Of a stretch of DNA of 30,543 nt, positions 27,842 through 30,543 are shown in pieces (the stretch's first letter is position 1; each line of letters opens with the position of its first letter). The translations under genes and the position numbers were made by a program. The notes under the pieces were generated by a model that saw only the letters and a program-made list of their open reading frames with translations, made no database searches and was not told the DNA's origin. Source of the stretch: Chthonomonadales bacterium (GTDB taxonomy: Bacteria > Armatimonadota > Chthonomonadetes > Chthonomonadales > Chthonomonadaceae); the NCBI GenBank assembly GCA_038217285.1, contig JBBQPO010000036.1, positions 1 through 30,543 on the forward strand. The letters are read 5' to 3'.

Positions 27842-30295
27842 ATGAGTAACCGAAACATCCTTAATCGCATAGACCCATTGCGCTCGTCCCGGTGTCCTAC
27901 CGGTGTTGAAAGTCGTCTGAAACGCAGTTCCGTGCTGTTGCTCTCCGGCCTGTTGCCGACGGGCCTGCTGATCTATGCCGCCACGTTGCCCACGGTAAGC
28001 GCCGCCGTCCCGCCGAAGTCGAAGCAGGCTTCTGCAAACGCGATGGCTTCTGCGGCCGGAGGCTTCGAAACGGAAGTCGCGCCTCTGATGCGCAAGTACT
28101 GTCTTAGCTGTCACAGCGGACCGAACCCGTCCGGCGGCGTCAATGCGGATAAGGACAAAACCACCGCATCTGTCATTAAAAACCGCAGCACCTGGGAAAA
28201 CATCTCACGCAATATCAGCGACAGCCACATGCCGCCGGCAAGTGCGCCACAGCCGACGGTCGCCGAGCGCGACCGAATCACACACTGGGTGGAGGGAACG
28301 TTTACTAAAGCCGACTGCGCCCTCCACGATCCGGGCCGCATTACGCTGCGCCGTCTCAACCGCGAAGAGTACAACAACACGGTGCGAGATCTGTTCGGGA
28401 TGGATATTCGGCCCGCCGACAGTTTCCCCTCCGACGATGTCGGCTACGGGTTCGACAACATCGGAGACGTGCTTTCGCTGTCGCCGCTGTTGATGGAGAA
28501 GTATCTCAACGCCGCCGAAAAGGTCGTACAGACCGCGATTTTGACGCCGGAAGAGGCCAACAAGCCCATTCGCATTCCTGCGGCCACGATGCAGCACAGC
28601 CTGCAAGGATCGGCCTACAACGGCAATGGGTTTCTGCTCAGCACGAATGGGGATGTGCACACCGAGTACGAGGTTCCCCGAGAGGGCGAATATACGATCC
28701 GCGTCAACGCCGCCCAGCAGCAGGCCGGACCCGAGAACGCCAAGATGGTGCTGCATGTCGATGACCAGGCGGTCTTTACCTTCGATGTCGCGGCGCAGGA
28801 GCGTAATCCGCGTTCCTACGAACTGCCGATGCGGCTGAAGGTCGGCAAACATCGCTTTGCGATGGAGTTCACCAACGACTTCTATGACGTTAAACAGCCC
28901 CAGGGCAAGCAGGACCGCAATCTGGTCGTCAACTATCTCGAACTGGTCGGACCGCCCGGGATGCCGAAGGATCTGCCCGCGTCCCACCGGCGCATCCTCT
29001 TCTGCCAGCCGTCGGCGACTCTCAGTCAGGACGCGGCTGCCCGCAAGATCCTGACGGCCTTCGCGACGAAAGCCTATCGCCGCCCGGTCACCACGCCGGA
29101 AGTGGATCGCCTGCTGACATACGTACATCTGGCGGAGAAGCAGGGCGAGAGCTTCGAGGGCGGGATTCGCGTGGCGGTCGAAGCCGTTATGGTCAATCCG
29201 AACTTCCTGTTCCATGTGGAGCTCGACCCGAAGCCGAACGAGAAATCGAGCGCCCGGTATCTGACCGACTATGAGCTGGCGGCGCGCCTCTCCTACTTCC
29301 TGTGGAGCAGCACCCCCGACGACGAGCTTACCACGCTCGCCGCAAAAGGTCAACTGCAGAACAGCAAGATGCTGGAAGCGCAGGTAAAGCGCATGCTCAA
29401 AGACCCGAAGGCGCGGGCCCTGGGCCAGAACTTCGCGGGCCAGTGGCTGCAACTGCGGAACCTTTCGCAGGTCCGCCCCGATACCGGCCGCTTCCCGGAC
29501 TGGAACGACAAACTCCGGGTCGCGATGAAGACCGAAACCGAGATGTTCTTCAACGCCATTGTGAGCGAAGATCGAAACCTGCTGGACTTTATCGACGCGA
29601 AATATACCTTCCTGAATGAGCCGCTGGCGAAACACTACGGTATTGCCGGTGTGACCGGCGACAACTTCCGCCGCGTCGTGCTCGAAGGCGATCAGCGCGG
29701 CGGCCTGCTGACCCAGGCGAGTATTCTGACCGTGACCTCGAACCCGACCCGGACTTCGCCGGTCAAACGCGGTAAGTGGGTGCTGGACAATCTGCTCGGC
29801 ACGCCGCCGCCGCCGGCTCCGCCGAACGTGCCGAAACTGGCCGACGACAACCATGCTATGCTGGTAGGTACCCTGCGGCAGCGCATGGAGAAACATCGCA
29901 GCAACCCGGCCTGCGCGTCGTGCCACGCCCGTATGGACCCCCTGGGGTTCGGGCTGGAAAACTTCGATGCGACCGGTGGCTGGCGCACGAAAGACGGCGA
30001 TGCAGCCGTGGACTCGTCCGGTACGCTGCCGGGTAATGTCTCCTTCAACGGCCCCGCACAGTTGAAGGCGATCCTGAAAACCAAGAAGACCCTGTTCGTT
30101 CACTGCCTGACCGAAAAGATGATGACCTACGCCCTCGGGCGTGGCATCGAACACTACGACCGCTGTAATATCGATGCCATGGTAAAGACGGTAGCGCAGA
30201 ACGACTACAAGTTCTCGGCGCTGATAAATGCAATCGTGGAAAGTGAGCCCTTCCGCAAACGGCGAGGGGACGATGGAGGCTTAGCAACTCGATGA
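27842..30295 (+). CDS. Planctomycete-type cytochrome c protein (PSCyt1, DUF1587, CBM-like, DUF1595, DUF1592, DUF1588, DUF1585)
   Basis: CLSCH, LRRLNREEYNNTVRDL, GFDN, FTND...DRNL (CBM60-like), YELAARLSYFLWSSTPD, TSPVKRGKW and CASCH..MDPLGFGLENFD. Confidence 0.93.
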   Translation: MSNRNILNRIDPLRSSRCPTGVESRLKRSSVLLLSGLLPTGLLIYAATLPTVSAAVPPKSKQASANAMASAAGGFETEVAPLMRKYCLSCHSGPNPSGGVNADKDKTTASVIKNRSTWENISRNISDSHMPPASAPQPTVAERDRITHWVEGTFTKADCALHDPGRITLRRLNREEYNNTVRDLFGMDIRPADSFPSDDVGYGFDNIGDVLSLSPLLMEKYLNAAEKVVQTAILTPEEANKPIRIPAATMQHSLQGSAYNGNGFLLSTNGDVHTEYEVPREGEYTIRVNAAQQQAGPENAKMVLHVDDQAVFTFDVAAQERNPRSYELPMRLKVGKHRFAMEFTNDFYDVKQPQGKQDRNLVVNYLELVGPPGMPKDLPASHRRILFCQPSATLSQDAAARKILTAFATKAYRRPVTTPEVDRLLTYVHLAEKQGESFEGGIRVAVEAVMVNPNFLFHVELDPKPNEKSSARYLTDYELAARLSYFLWSSTPDDELTTLAAKGQLQNSKMLEAQVKRMLKDPKARALGQNFAGQWLQLRNLSQVRPDTGRFPDWNDKLRVAMKTETEMFFNAIVSEDRNLLDFIDAKYTFLNEPLAKHYGIAGVTGDNFRRVVLEGDQRGGLLTQASILTVTSNPTRTSPVKRGKWVLDNLLGTPPPPAPPNVPKLADDNHAMLVGTLRQRMEKHRSNPACASCHARMDPLGFGLENFDATGGWRTKDGDAAVDSSGTLPGNVSFNGPAQLKAILKTKKTLFVHCLTEKMMTYALGRGIEHYDRCNIDAMVKTVAQNDYKFSALINAIVESEPFRKRRGDDGGLATR

Positions 30296-30543
30296 CCACC
30301 CCCGTAATATCTCGACGTACGCTGCTGCGCGGTCTGGGAACCGCCCTGGCTCTGCCGGCACTGGAAGCGATGATCCCTGTCACCGCCCTGGCCCAGTCCG
30401 GTAAGAAAGCGGCCCGCGTCAACCGCATGGTCTTCATGTTCGTTCCGAACGGCATCAACATGTCTACGTGGACGCCGAAGACCGAAGGCGTTTTCGAACT
30501 GCCGCCCACCCTGCAGCCGCTGAAAAAGGTGAAGGACAACATC
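30292..30543 (+). CDS. DUF1552 family protein (5' part, runs off the window)
   Basis: ATGA overlap with the upstream stop. MTTPVISRRTLLRGLGTALALPALEAM (Tat-like) and RMVFMFVPNG..M..WTP. Not in the ORF track. Confidence 0.88.
   Translation, partial: MTTPVISRRTLLRGLGTALALPALEAMIPVTALAQSGKKAARVNRMVFMFVPNGINMSTWTPKTEGVFELPPTLQPLKKVKDNI

Overview
A 30.5-kb, mostly high-GC bacterial window. The PEP-CTERM tails, H-X9-DG pilin-like proteins and planctomycete-type cytochrome c (PSCyt/PSD) proteins suggest Armatimonadota, which is an inference. (1) 170-5719: an apparently lower-GC, seven-gene + strand cluster encoding a MauE/DoxX-type membrane protein, a pair of paralogous exported unknown proteins ending in HCDL(I/L)x, a DUF1573-like Ig protein, two paralogous H-X9-DG pilin-like proteins and, between these two, a 74-aa secreted 8-Cys peptide with a perfect RBS. 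This is the best candidate for an undescribed system, possibly disulfide-rich peptide maturation and display. (2) 5761-10481: a DUF1501 and PSCyt1/DUF1549/LamG/DUF1553 pair. (3) Endonuclease III and a 2-Cys peroxiredoxin. (4) 12352-17296: an ANTAR response regulator, a BBP2 porin, amtB and glnK, with ANTAR-type hairpins and a repeated GCAAC-N6-GTTGC element in the long leaders. (5) uvrC. (6) Tandem CRP-type boxes ahead of a decaying block of surface/PEP-CTERM genes, one carrying an in-frame 93-bp MITE-like insert and a frameshift. (7) An OmpR-family regulator and HAMP kinase. (8) A REPIN-like 189-bp inverted repeat and a small islet of unknown genes. (9) A MATE transporter with an upstream small ORF. 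(10) A DUF1592-type cytochrome c protein and the start of a DUF1552 gene. All family calls come from motif recognition by eye; no database search was run.
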